A DNA stretch of 64,000 bases from Planctomycetaceae bacterium UBA2671 (GTDB lineage Bacteria > Planctomycetota > Planctomycetia > Planctomycetales > Planctomycetaceae). Where the stretch lies: NCBI GenBank assembly GCA_002359185.1, contig DEML01000116.1, forward strand, positions 20,362 to 84,361, in the 5' to 3' direction. Below are positions 56,701 to 64,000 of this stretch, piece after piece; the first letter of the stretch is position 1; each line of letters opens with the position of its first letter. Under the pieces are notes generated by a model. That model was not told where the DNA came from, searched no databases, and saw only the letters and a program-made list of their open reading frames with translations. The translations under genes and the position numbers were made by a program.

Positions 56701-57938
56701 TGAAACTTGGGAATCATGGGATCAACTGACTCAATCAAATCATCAGGTTTTTCAGCTGCATAACCTCGATTGCCATACTTCGCATAAGGCCCCGAATGAA
56801 TTGGTGAACGATCGTTGGCGTAAATCATATGACAAGATGTGCAACCGCTCGAACGGTAATCGCCGGGATGATCGTTGGTCCCCAAAAAATTCAGTGTCGG
56901 ATCGAACAGGCGTGTTTTCTGCAATCCGATGAAGACAGGATCAGTTCGATTCAGCGTCCCCAGCCCTCGATTACTGATTCGTTCCCGCGGTCGTCCAGGT
57001 TCTTCGAGAACTTCGGGAATGCCCGGCTCTGTACGGAAACGTCCCCCCCGTTCAAAAATTCTCAGAATATTCCCAGGTTGCGAAGCTTGATATCGCGGCA
57101 AAGGATCCAAGTAAGGCAGTACACCTTTTCTGGCCGTCTCTTCTGCAGTTGGTGGTGGAACCGTTTGCAGACGCTGAGGCGCCCCATGCATCGAATAGCT
57201 CTCGCCATACATCGGCCATTTCTTCGGAACGGAACCATTATTATACAGCGCTGCTCCCCACAGCATGCAGCCATGCGTCATCATCCCTTTTTTCACCTGA
57301 AGGGTTTCGTTGGGATGACAACCAACAGTTCCGCAACTCAAATGAGCAACTCGCAAATCTCCTGGATTCACAAACTGGATAAACTCAGGAGATTCGTGAT
57401 TCAACAACGTATAACTGCGAACCGGATTTGCAGAGGAATTCCAGATGGTCGGATAACGGGAAGGGACATGGGCCTGCTCGATCGTCGTTGCACAGGGGTC
57501 ACCACCATGGCAATCCGTGCATCCAAGTTGAATCGCCAAAGGCTTCCCCGGTTGCTTGTGGGGATCGTGAGCATTTTTATGACAAACAACACACCCATGG
57601 CTCTTCGCGTCGGCTTCCTCACGAGATTGCCGCATTAACTGGGCATTCGCAATGGCTGGTGGAGTAGGGTAGGGATGCTGTGGATCACCAGGATGAGTTG
57701 GGCCAGGGTGAGAATTATCCAGATCGCCTAAGCGTATTTTGGCAGGAGGGACATCATTCGAGCCCTCGATCAAGTAGCTCCCGGCAGGAATTTTTTCATC
57801 GGCATACAAATGATCTTCACCGGCGGAAAACTCGAACTGAGAAAAATTATAGACGAGATTTCCCAACACCCAGAGTGTCAGTAATGAAACCCCGAATAAC
57901 TTTGGTTTGAAGTGAGAAGGTGTGGGCTTCCTCATCAT
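53793..57938 (-). CDS. Secreted decaheme c-type cytochrome fused to a C-terminal LVIVD-repeat beta-propeller
   Basis: 1381-aa ORF with a signal anchor (LFGVSLLTLWVLGNLV). Heme motifs: CVVCH, CTDCH, CGTVGCH (CX4CH), CTSCH, CIVCH, CVDCH, CIDCH, CSSCH, CYGCH, CTDCH. LVIVD repeats: GVRVFDIAF, GLVVVDVTDPKKP, GLKVIDITDPSCP, GLIIVDVTNPEKP, GMHVLQLTSP. Confidence 0.85.
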   Translation of the reverse strand: MMRKPTPSHFKPKLFGVSLLTLWVLGNLVYNFSQFEFSAGEDHLYADEKIPAGSYLIEGSNDVPPAKIRLGDLDNSHPGPTHPGDPQHPYPTPPAIANAQLMRQSREEADAKSHGCVVCHKNAHDPHKQPGKPLAIQLGCTDCHGGDPCATTIEQAHVPSRYPTIWNSSANPVRSYTLLNHESPEFIQFVNPGDLRVAHLSCGTVGCHPNETLQVKKGMMTHGCMLWGAALYNNGSVPKKWPMYGESYSMHGAPQRLQTVPPPTAEETARKGVLPYLDPLPRYQASQPGNILRIFERGGRFRTEPGIPEVLEEPGRPRERISNRGLGTLNRTDPVFIGLQKTRLFDPTLNFLGTNDHPGDYRSSGCTSCHMIYANDRSPIHSGPYAKYGNRGYAAEKPDDLIESVDPMIPKFQSGHPVSHNFTRSIPTSQCIVCHIHPGTTVMNSYLGYMWWDMETDGENMYPREQHDPTAEQIVQAEMADPNSASVKGLWSNPEFLTELTSLNKHLEKTQFADFHGHGWVFRAVYKKDRQGNLLDKFGNRLEHVENEKLQQAMAIPLYVKELERKKPTLSLAEVEKAEQQLLDLQKGVPVHMLDVHLEKGMHCVDCHFVQDVHGDTKLYGEVRAAIEIQCIDCHGTVNDKAFKLINNRWQMRTSGPAAKEREAPQPNGRELSAMTTPFGKQRFELRGDKLYQNSMVEKGLSWEVTQVSDTIDPKHPKYNANAALAKTIRFDELGKFEWGDLPQDPLKLAHCNQTMSCSSCHSSWNPSCYGCHLPQEANRKMPDLHNEGDVTKNYVSYDFQTLRDDVFMLAHDGNVTGNKINPSRSSCAIHVTSYNNNRESIYTQQQTISAEGLSGIAFSTNVPHTVRGRGETKMCTDCHLSQANDNNAIMSQLLMQGTNYLNFIGRFCWVGCGDHGFYAVPVTERDAPQAVIGSHLHELAFREHYEEHEENDHILEHAHEHPGRDISEVFRPFKQPTVLTLQKRGEYLYAACGKAGVRVFDIAFIDHKGFSERVTTAPVSPIGQKFFVRTKYATSVYAPATIAPDPTRKHYPENDEQKVPAHYGYLFATDLYEGLVFIGAGTLLDGDPLNNFLEKELAFNPGGALDGAQSVKIVGNYAYVCCEKGLVVVDVTDPKKPCIVNVLGKEFLNHPHQMEVEFRYGFVCDEEGLKVIDITDPSCPIPVTALEFEDLHNVYVARNYAYLAAGKQGLIIVDVTNPEKPLVDQIFNAEGEICDLHDVKLGITYNSEFAYLADGKNGMHVLQLTSPHVEGNDGFSVRPEPKLIATYHLHEGEALCIAEGIDRDRAVDESGNQIAVFGRVGARPFNYQQQRKLYINPVSQEPFRVETFSPDYRIEFPNLREDLLHQQIESYYGSARQFRE

Positions 57939-58200
57939 TGAATGTCCAGGTCTTCTTCCTTGAAGTCACTGCGAATGGTGTGCAATGAGGCATGATACGA
58001 ACTGATTTTCAATTTATAACCGGTGGAGAGCAGAATCAGTGATTATGCAAACAGCTATAGCAGATGTTCGAAGTTTCAGGCAATACGAATCTCTGAAATC
58101 ACTTCTTCCATAATCAGCGATTGATTGATAAATTCCGGCAGTATCCCTATCTGTGAATTGTTCTATGCTTATCCTGTCGCTGGAAAATCATCAGGATGGA

Positions 58201-60210
58201 CTAAAATGTTTCCCACCAGAAATGAGCTTGAAGTGCCCGGAAAAAGTCGCCAAAAAGTAGACTACCAAGCGGAGCAGGAGAGCACTTGACCTGAGCGTTG
58301 ACCGAGGCTCCCAGGTTAGTATTGATGGATTGATCATCAAGTGAGACGATACATTTCAGGTAAGGCTGCTGATTTCTGTAGACAATCCGCTCAACTTCGG
58401 GGCGAAGTAAATTCCCGGTGTATGTTATATCCGGTTCAGCTAAAAATCGGATTTCTGCAGAAAGAGTCTGGTCAGCGGATTTCCCTTCGATCTCTTCGTA
58501 GAGGTAGCCAAGTTGAGATTCCGGAATCAGCACTTCAATTGTCTTTCTTCCTTGATCATCGAGGATTTCCAGCAGCTTTTCTCCAATTTGTACGGGCTTG
58601 AGTTCCAGCTTACTCTGCAATTCAAAATCGGCAACAACCCCATCAATCGGGGCTATAACCAATAAATTGTTTTGCTCATGCTCCAGAACATCCAATTCCT
58701 GTTGATAAGCGACCAGTTGCAATTTCGCTTTAGCGATTTCTCCCTGGAGCTGGATTCTTTCGATTCGATTGCCTGTTCCGGATTGGAGCAGTTCATTCTC
58801 AAAGGATTGTGTTTCTGTTTTCTGTTGAGCAATCAAGTCCTCAAGCTGACTGATTTCTGCCCGGAGCAGGGTATCTTCCAGTTCGAGCAATACCTGCCCG
58901 GCTTGAACATGCTGTCCGCTGGAAACATGAACTTTCCGTATCACTGAAGACCGGGGAGCATATACCTGCGCCGTCTTCTCTGGCACTACCGTTCCGGACA
59001 TCATGACTTTTCGGGGTAACGAAAAACAGGTCATTAACCATGCAGTCATTCCCAGCAAAATTGCAGCAATGCAATATCGAATGAATCGAGAATATCGCAC
59101 CGCCTGTGAAGCCTGCCCGAGCGGTCTTCGCAAACTCTTGAGGAAAATTCCATCCAGATCCTGTAGTTGAGCCAGTGCGAGTTCCGATTGCCTGACCAGA
59201 TCCGTCTGAAATTCCGTCAAGCGTGCCGGGGCGGACTGATTTTGAAAGCGTTCCAGAACCAGTAGGCCAATCGGATGGCTTTTCCGTGAACGTCGCCTAT
59301 TCGAACGATCAGCCTCCGCTCTATTCGAAGAATAGAGCGGTATGATTTTAAGGAATGTCGATCGCGACCCTTCAATGTATTTGACTAGCTGATCTCTTAA
59401 TGGCAGAGGGTATTCACGACTCTCTCGATCGTAAATCACTTCCTGTCCGGAACGCTGAGTATACCGACCAATCAATGCGAGTTGTCGCATCTGTTGACTT
59501 CGACGATCCACCCGGGCTACTCCGCTGATAGCAATTGGCTCCAGATGGCTAAATCTTGGGCAGAGCAAGCTGACTCGATCAACCTGAGTGAATTGCTGCC
59601 ACTGATTGACAAGCTTACGTGTCCCGCTCTTCAATTTCGTTTCGCAATGAATTGCCTGGGTAAACAGCGAGAATTGCCGGAATGCCTGTCGATAATCGAT
59701 AGCATAATGTCGTTGTTCCATGCTCTGCAGAGTATTGGAAAAAAGCAGAGTCAGGCGAGCCAATGGCTTTTCCCAGTCGGAGACCTCGTCCTCATCTCCG
59801 TTAGAATCCAGCAAAATCCCCAACACTCCGATCGACCGTGTTGAACTCGTCAGAGGAATCAGTACAAAAGTGCGTTCTGGCATCCCGAGAGTGCTGCAGT
59901 TCTGAATAATCACTTGAGATTCGGAAAATGATCGCTGAAGCCAGCCGGGAATGAGTTCGGAAATTCTCGCGGCATCAAATTCCAATTCTGAATTGAAACC
60001 AATATCGGAAAACAGCTTCACCTGCTGAGAACGTTCAGCCAGCCAGATGCAAGCTGGTGCCTGTGAAATTCCATGAACCGCTTCCAGCCATTGCTGACAA
60101 AGTTCATCAATCTGACCTGTGCGATCGCCAATTTCATTCACGCAATCCCAAAGCCGATCCAGTTGACCAGCAAAGGGAAGTGTTTCGGATGTCGCACTTC
60201 CTGTTGGCAT
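58201..60210 (-). CDS. GAF-like (x2) - TM - HlyD-family periplasmic adaptor protein
   Basis: 669-aa ORF. It has two cytoplasmic GAF-like segments (...TFVLIPLTSSTRSIGVLGILL; ...HPIGLLVLERF) and one TM helix (IAAILLGMTAWLMTCF). The adaptor part reads GQHVQAGQVLLELED, then a coiled-coil, then LLVIAPIDGVVADF. Confidence 0.7.
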   Translation of the reverse strand: MPTGSATSETLPFAGQLDRLWDCVNEIGDRTGQIDELCQQWLEAVHGISQAPACIWLAERSQQVKLFSDIGFNSELEFDAARISELIPGWLQRSFSESQVIIQNCSTLGMPERTFVLIPLTSSTRSIGVLGILLDSNGDEDEVSDWEKPLARLTLLFSNTLQSMEQRHYAIDYRQAFRQFSLFTQAIHCETKLKSGTRKLVNQWQQFTQVDRVSLLCPRFSHLEPIAISGVARVDRRSQQMRQLALIGRYTQRSGQEVIYDRESREYPLPLRDQLVKYIEGSRSTFLKIIPLYSSNRAEADRSNRRRSRKSHPIGLLVLERFQNQSAPARLTEFQTDLVRQSELALAQLQDLDGIFLKSLRRPLGQASQAVRYSRFIRYCIAAILLGMTAWLMTCFSLPRKVMMSGTVVPEKTAQVYAPRSSVIRKVHVSSGQHVQAGQVLLELEDTLLRAEISQLEDLIAQQKTETQSFENELLQSGTGNRIERIQLQGEIAKAKLQLVAYQQELDVLEHEQNNLLVIAPIDGVVADFELQSKLELKPVQIGEKLLEILDDQGRKTIEVLIPESQLGYLYEEIEGKSADQTLSAEIRFLAEPDITYTGNLLRPEVERIVYRNQQPYLKCIVSLDDQSINTNLGASVNAQVKCSPAPLGSLLFGDFFRALQAHFWWETF

Positions 60211-60428
60211 AGATCTTCCCTGATCTCTTATGACTGTTTTTAAACTCCATCAATTGATGCTGGATTCTATGGAATCAAAGCGTATCACACAAGATTTGTT
60301 CAGGAGTGTCGGATTCAGGTTCCATATTGACCTGTTTTCAGGATAGCCCTTAGGATGTTCACGATTGTCATGGAGGTTCTGATCCAAACGATTTCGCCAA
60401 TACTGTATTATCTGGAAGTGTGTATCGC

Positions 60429-61328
60429 ATGATCAATGCGCTCAAACAGATTCAAGGCTCTATTATCACTTCTCGAATCCTGATTGCCATATTCGGGATT
60501 GTTATCTTCGCTCAATCCGGAACTGCTCAGGATCGTGAACCGATTGTGATTGATCGATGTGTGCTGAAAATTCGAGATCATATTGAGGTTTCCAGCACAC
60601 GAGCCGCTCGTATTGTTGAGATGAAAATACGACTTGGGAATCTGGTTCAGAAGGATGAACTAATCATTCAATTGGATGGGGAAATTGCTCAGGCAAATTA
60701 CTACGTGGCTCAGCAGCATGCGACCAATAATGTTGAATCTCGATATGCTGTCAAAGCCAATGAACTTTCCCAGAAAGAATATCAACGAGCAATTCAACTC
60801 AACGAAGAAATCCCCGGAGCTCGCTCCCAGGCAGAAATCGAGCAACTCCGTCTGAAAGCCGAACGCTCCGAACTGCAGGTCGAGCAGGCTCAGCAGCATC
60901 ATCAAATTGCTCAAATGAACCGGGAACTGGCATTGCTGGAAGTGAAGCCTTATCGCATTAGTGCACCAATTTCAGGTCAGATCGTCGAAATCCACAAGCG
61001 AGTCGGTGAGTACGTTCAACCCGGAGAAGTGATCGCAGAGATCGTCAGTTTGGAAGAGATGCTCGTCGAGGGATACATCCCCCTCAATAAAGCCTGGCAG
61101 GTCCGGCCTGGTACATCGATTTCCGGTAGTATTTCTTTACCAAAGCTGGCAGACAACATCGGACAGCATACGAACTACCAAGGGCAAATCCTGCTTGTCG
61201 ATTCCACCATCGATGACTTAAGCCAATCCGTCCGCTTTGTGGGTGTTCTCAAAAACGATACGGGACTATTGCGTGCAGGTATCCCGATGAAAATTGTGAT
61301 TGACCCTCAGCAATCAGCTCGTCCGTAA
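60429..61328 (+). CDS. HlyD/RND-adaptor-family membrane fusion protein
   Basis: ORF 60420..61328 starts at GTG; the ATG is at 60429. It has a signal anchor (ILIAIFGIVIFAQSGTA), a coiled-coil (QAEIEQLRLKAERSELQVEQAQQHH) and a lipoyl-like hairpin (RISAPISGQIVEIHKRVGEYVQPGEVIAEI). It is divergent from the GAF-HlyD gene. Confidence 0.7.
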   Translation: MINALKQIQGSIITSRILIAIFGIVIFAQSGTAQDREPIVIDRCVLKIRDHIEVSSTRAARIVEMKIRLGNLVQKDELIIQLDGEIAQANYYVAQQHATNNVESRYAVKANELSQKEYQRAIQLNEEIPGARSQAEIEQLRLKAERSELQVEQAQQHHQIAQMNRELALLEVKPYRISAPISGQIVEIHKRVGEYVQPGEVIAEIVSLEEMLVEGYIPLNKAWQVRPGTSISGSISLPKLADNIGQHTNYQGQILLVDSTIDDLSQSVRFVGVLKNDTGLLRAGIPMKIVIDPQQSARP

Positions 61329-61349
61329 TGATCTGACGAAATTCAAAAT

Positions 61350-61455
61350 TATAGCTGCTTTCATGAATGTGTAGCGGGTGATTGACAGGAAAAATAAAGT
61401 TCAAACCATCAAAAAGCCGCTACAGTAAGTTGCAAACAGTAGTAGGTATTAAAGC
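61350..61455. repeat. Direct-repeat copy 2 (solo remnant; no ORF continuation)
   Basis: See copy 1. On the minus strand it would read ...FPVNHPLHIH..., compared with ...FPFNHPRHIH... in copy 1. It lies between the convergent HlyD and P-type ATPase genes. Confidence 0.7.
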
Positions 61456-61489
61456 CAGCGATTTCATGGAGACATGGATTCAGGATCGA

Positions 61490-63379
61490 TTATTCCGAAG
61501 TCTCATAATCAATGATGGTTTTCGGAGGAATTGCTACGCGAAGGGCATTCAGCACAGCAACGACATCGATGATTTCCTGACAGATGGCTCCCGCAACCGG
61601 CGGCAGGTAGCCCGTAGACGCGAAAATCATGCCGACAAGACTGAGCGCCATTCCTCCGATGGCACTTTGAAGGGCAATCCGCCGCATTCGACGACTGATA
61701 TGCAGGAATTCATCGATCTTCCTCAACGAGCTATCCAAAACAACAACGTCTGCGGCTTCGGTGGTCACATCGCTATTCTGACCGAATGCAATTCCGACTG
61801 TTGCAGCCATCAAAGCCGGAGCATCGTTAATTCCATCACCGACAAACATTGTGTTGGCGTTTTGCATTTCTTCGTTGACAATCGCAAGTTTCTGTTCTGG
61901 TGTCTGGCTGCTGAAGACCGATGTAATGCCGACCCGTTCTGCCAGATAACTGACTTCCGATTCACGGTCACCCGAAACAAGCAGAGTTCGCGTGATGCGG
62001 TGACGTGGCCCGAGATGGCCAATAAAATTGGCTCCGTCAGGACGGGGAGTATCACGGAATCGATACGTGGCAGCATACCTGTCATCAATCAGAATGACAC
62101 ATTCCAGACCAGCCTGCTGCTCGGGTAATTCTGAAAGAAACTCGGGATGGAAACGACTCAGTTTACTTCGGCTGGTTACCTGAATGGTTCGACCATTAAC
62201 GATTCCCCATAAACCTTCACCGGGCTTCTCGCTCAACTCGGAAGCGTTTTTCAACAGGACTCCTGACTTCCTGGCTGCCTGAACGATCGCGTTGGAAAGA
62301 GGATGCTTGGAATAGACTTCCAGGCTGGCGACTAGAGAAAGAACATCTTCGGATTGAAAGTGTGAGGCGACAATCTGATCAGTCAAATTCGGTTGGCCAT
62401 AGGTGAGTGTTCCGGTCTTATCAAAAATCAGCGTGCGGCAGGTGTCGGCAGTTTCCAGAGATGAGGGATCTCGAATGATAATAGCACGCCGTGCGGCCAG
62501 TGAAATTGATCCGATAATTGCAACGGGAATTGCAATCAATAACGGACAGGGGGTGGCAATCACCATGACCGCGAGAAACCGCACGGGATCTCCAGAAGCA
62601 ATCCAGGCTGCAATTCCAATGGCAACCGCAAGGGGTGTGTACCAGGCTCCGAGTTGATCAGCCATTCGCCGCAGTTTTGGCTTTTGTTGTTCGGAAGCAG
62701 CCATGACTTCCATGATTTTTGCATAACGGGAATCGATCGCCAGCTTGTCCGCTTTGATGATGAGAGCCGATTCCCCGTTGATCGCTCCCGAGAGGACACT
62801 CGATCCCGGCGTCTTGGTCATCATGTATGGTTCGCCTGTCAGGTAAGATTCATCCATCACGCCGTGACCTTCAAGAACCGTTCCATCAATCGGGCAGGTT
62901 TCATGAGGAAAAACGGCCAGAGTATCTCCAATCGTGATCTCTTCCAGCGGAATGTCGACGACTTTGGTATCGACCTTTCGATGGGCATTGGCAGGCATTC
63001 TCTTACTGAGTGCTCGCAGAACTGAAGAAGCGCTCCGCACCGCGTAGGCTTCCAGAGCCTCGCCACCGGAAAGCATCAGGACGACCAGAGAACCCGCAAG
63101 ATATTCTCCGAGTATGGCGGAAACGACAATCGAAATTCCTGCTAAGAGATCAGATCCGAACTCGCGATCCAGCATTTTCAGAAAGAGATCCCAGACCAGC
63201 GGAATTCCACAGAAAAACAAAACCAGCCACAAAGGACCATTCGCAACGATTTCGCCAATTTCGAATCCAAAACGCAAAATCAAATGCAGGGCAATCATTG
63301 CGATAGAAAACAGGGCGATTAAAACACCACGCTGTTTCCACCAAAGAAGCTCTTTTGTTGGTTGGGTTGTTTTCGACAT
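61490..63379 (-). CDS. Heavy-metal P1B-type ATPase with a TPC(P) transmembrane motif and no N-terminal metal-binding domain
   Basis: 629-aa ORF. Phosphorylation site: FDKTGTLT. Hinge: [13 protein letters not shown] metal-site context: [13 protein letters not shown]. No HMA-type GMxCxxC motif is present. Confidence 0.9.
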   Translation of the reverse strand: MSKTTQPTKELLWWKQRGVLIALFSIAMIALHLILRFGFEIGEIVANGPLWLVLFFCGIPLVWDLFLKMLDREFGSDLLAGISIVVSAILGEYLAGSLVVLMLSGGEALEAYAVRSASSVLRALSKRMPANAHRKVDTKVVDIPLEEITIGDTLAVFPHETCPIDGTVLEGHGVMDESYLTGEPYMMTKTPGSSVLSGAINGESALIIKADKLAIDSRYAKIMEVMAASEQQKPKLRRMADQLGAWYTPLAVAIGIAAWIASGDPVRFLAVMVIATPCPLLIAIPVAIIGSISLAARRAIIIRDPSSLETADTCRTLIFDKTGTLTYGQPNLTDQIVASHFQSEDVLSLVASLEVYSKHPLSNAIVQAARKSGVLLKNASELSEKPGEGLWGIVNGRTIQVTSRSKLSRFHPEFLSELPEQQAGLECVILIDDRYAATYRFRDTPRPDGANFIGHLGPRHRITRTLLVSGDRESEVSYLAERVGITSVFSSQTPEQKLAIVNEEMQNANTMFVGDGINDAPALMAATVGIAFGQNSDVTTEAADVVVLDSSLRKIDEFLHISRRMRRIALQSAIGGMALSLVGMIFASTGYLPPVAGAICQEIIDVVAVLNALRVAIPPKTIIDYETSE

Positions 63380-63532
63380 GGATATGACACTAATTTAAAA
63401 TGACGACAAAACGAAAGGCTTCTTCACGTATCGTACTTCCATTGTCGAGAGTGAGTTTCCGAATGCAGTTTTCAACCATGATGACATTTATTATTTGAAA
63501 AGGCACTCTTCTCTTATTACTCAGCGAATCGA

Positions 63533-64000
63533 TTAACAGACACCATTCGTGAGAGAATCTCCCTGGCCACCTTTCAGAAACTCATTGATGTTTTGGAGAG
63601 TGGTTTCTGCAATGTTGTCCAGAGCTTCGTGGGTCAGAAACGCCTGGTGCGAGGTAATGACGACATTATTAAAGGTCATCAGTCTTGCCAGAACGTCATC
63701 GTTGAGAATCTGGTCGGAGATGTCATTGAAAAAGACTCCTGCTTCTTCTTCGTAGACATCCAATCCAGCTGACCCGATATGACCGGACTTCAACCCTTCC
63801 ACAAGGGCAACGGTTTCGATCAGCCCTCCCCGCGAAGTATTGATCAACATAACACCGCGCTTCATCTGGCTGATTGTCTTGCGATTGATCAGGTGGTGCG
63901 TTTCTTCAAATAAGGGGAGATGCAACGTGATGATATCCGACCTGGATAAAAGCTCGTCCTGGCTGACATATTCCGTATTGGATAACTTCTGTACTTCGGG
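63533..64000 (-). CDS. ldhA: D-lactate dehydrogenase / D-2-hydroxyacid dehydrogenase, C-terminal part (N-terminus beyond the window)
   Basis: The frame stays open to the window edge. HLPLFEETHHLINRKTISQMKRGVMLINTSRGGLI...GLDVYEEEAGVFFND...VVITSHQAFLTHEAL closely follows the LdhA pattern, including the catalytic His in SHQAF. Confidence 0.85.
   Translation of the reverse strand, partial: PEVQKLSNTEYVSQDELLSRSDIITLHLPLFEETHHLINRKTISQMKRGVMLINTSRGGLIETVALVEGLKSGHIGSAGLDVYEEEAGVFFNDISDQILNDDVLARLMTFNNVVITSHQAFLTHEALDNIAETTLQNINEFLKGGQGDSLTNGVC

Noticed and set aside
57043-57049. C7 run (G7 on the coding strand) in the decaheme-LVIVD gene; also T9 at 18302..18310, A8/T8 at about 36658 and A8 at about 48993
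   Set aside because: These runs are shorter or A/T-type, encode ordinary GG, FFF or KK residues, and are much less suggestive of phase variation than the G9 tract. They are noted only for completeness.
1-64000. CRISPR arrays, tRNA/rRNA genes and prophage structural genes
   Set aside because: I saw no regularly spaced direct repeats, no T-loop/acceptor-like tRNA signatures (e.g. GGTTCGAATCC-type) and no rRNA-like stretches. A proper tRNAscan/Infernal run would be needed to exclude small RNAs.

Overview
This 64-kb window is bacterial chromosome with roughly 45-52% G+C by my spot counts. An N-terminal LEERLVLS-type motif on a giant secreted protein, a DUF4838-like protein and many multiheme cytochromes suggest Planctomycetota; that assignment is inference only.

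Left third (1.2-17.9 kb): a complete minus-strand chemosensory operon, cheX-cheY-STAS-cheA(hybrid)-cheW-PAS-MCP-cheB-cheR, with a convergent orphan histidine kinase. It is followed by a c-di-GMP module made of a degenerate, low-GC HD-GYP gene, a PAS-GGDEF-EAL gene and an HDOD gene. Between the two lie a decayed ISAs1-type transposase and an inverted duplication of the cheX start and upstream region.

Middle and right (19-61 kb): this block is bracketed by a ~100-bp direct repeat tied to an integrase remnant. It holds a DUF4838/CBM9-like secreted protein, a TVP38 + FAD disulfide-reductase pair and a Ser/Thr kinase. It also holds the two redox/secretion clusters I rate most interesting:
- (i) An operon encoding an M50-protease/HlyD fusion, then a truncated SecA paralogue, then three tandem pentaheme cytochrome paralogues. 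A secreted metzincin/GlcG-like protein and a small secreted protein carrying a G9 tract lie upstream.
- (ii) A 772-aa beta-barrel, TolC, a di-heme-b-like membrane protein, a TM-anchored decaheme cytochrome, a NuoE/F fusion and a NuoG-N/cNMP/4x[4Fe-4S] fusion, facing a decaheme-LVIVD propeller protein. I read this as a candidate NADH-driven trans-envelope electron conduit.

Right edge: GAF-HlyD and HlyD adaptors, a TPC-type P1B ATPase and a partial ldhA-like dehydrogenase. I saw no rRNA, tRNA or CRISPR by eye. All calls rest on motif recognition in the supplied translations plus my own reading of the DNA; no database search was possible.
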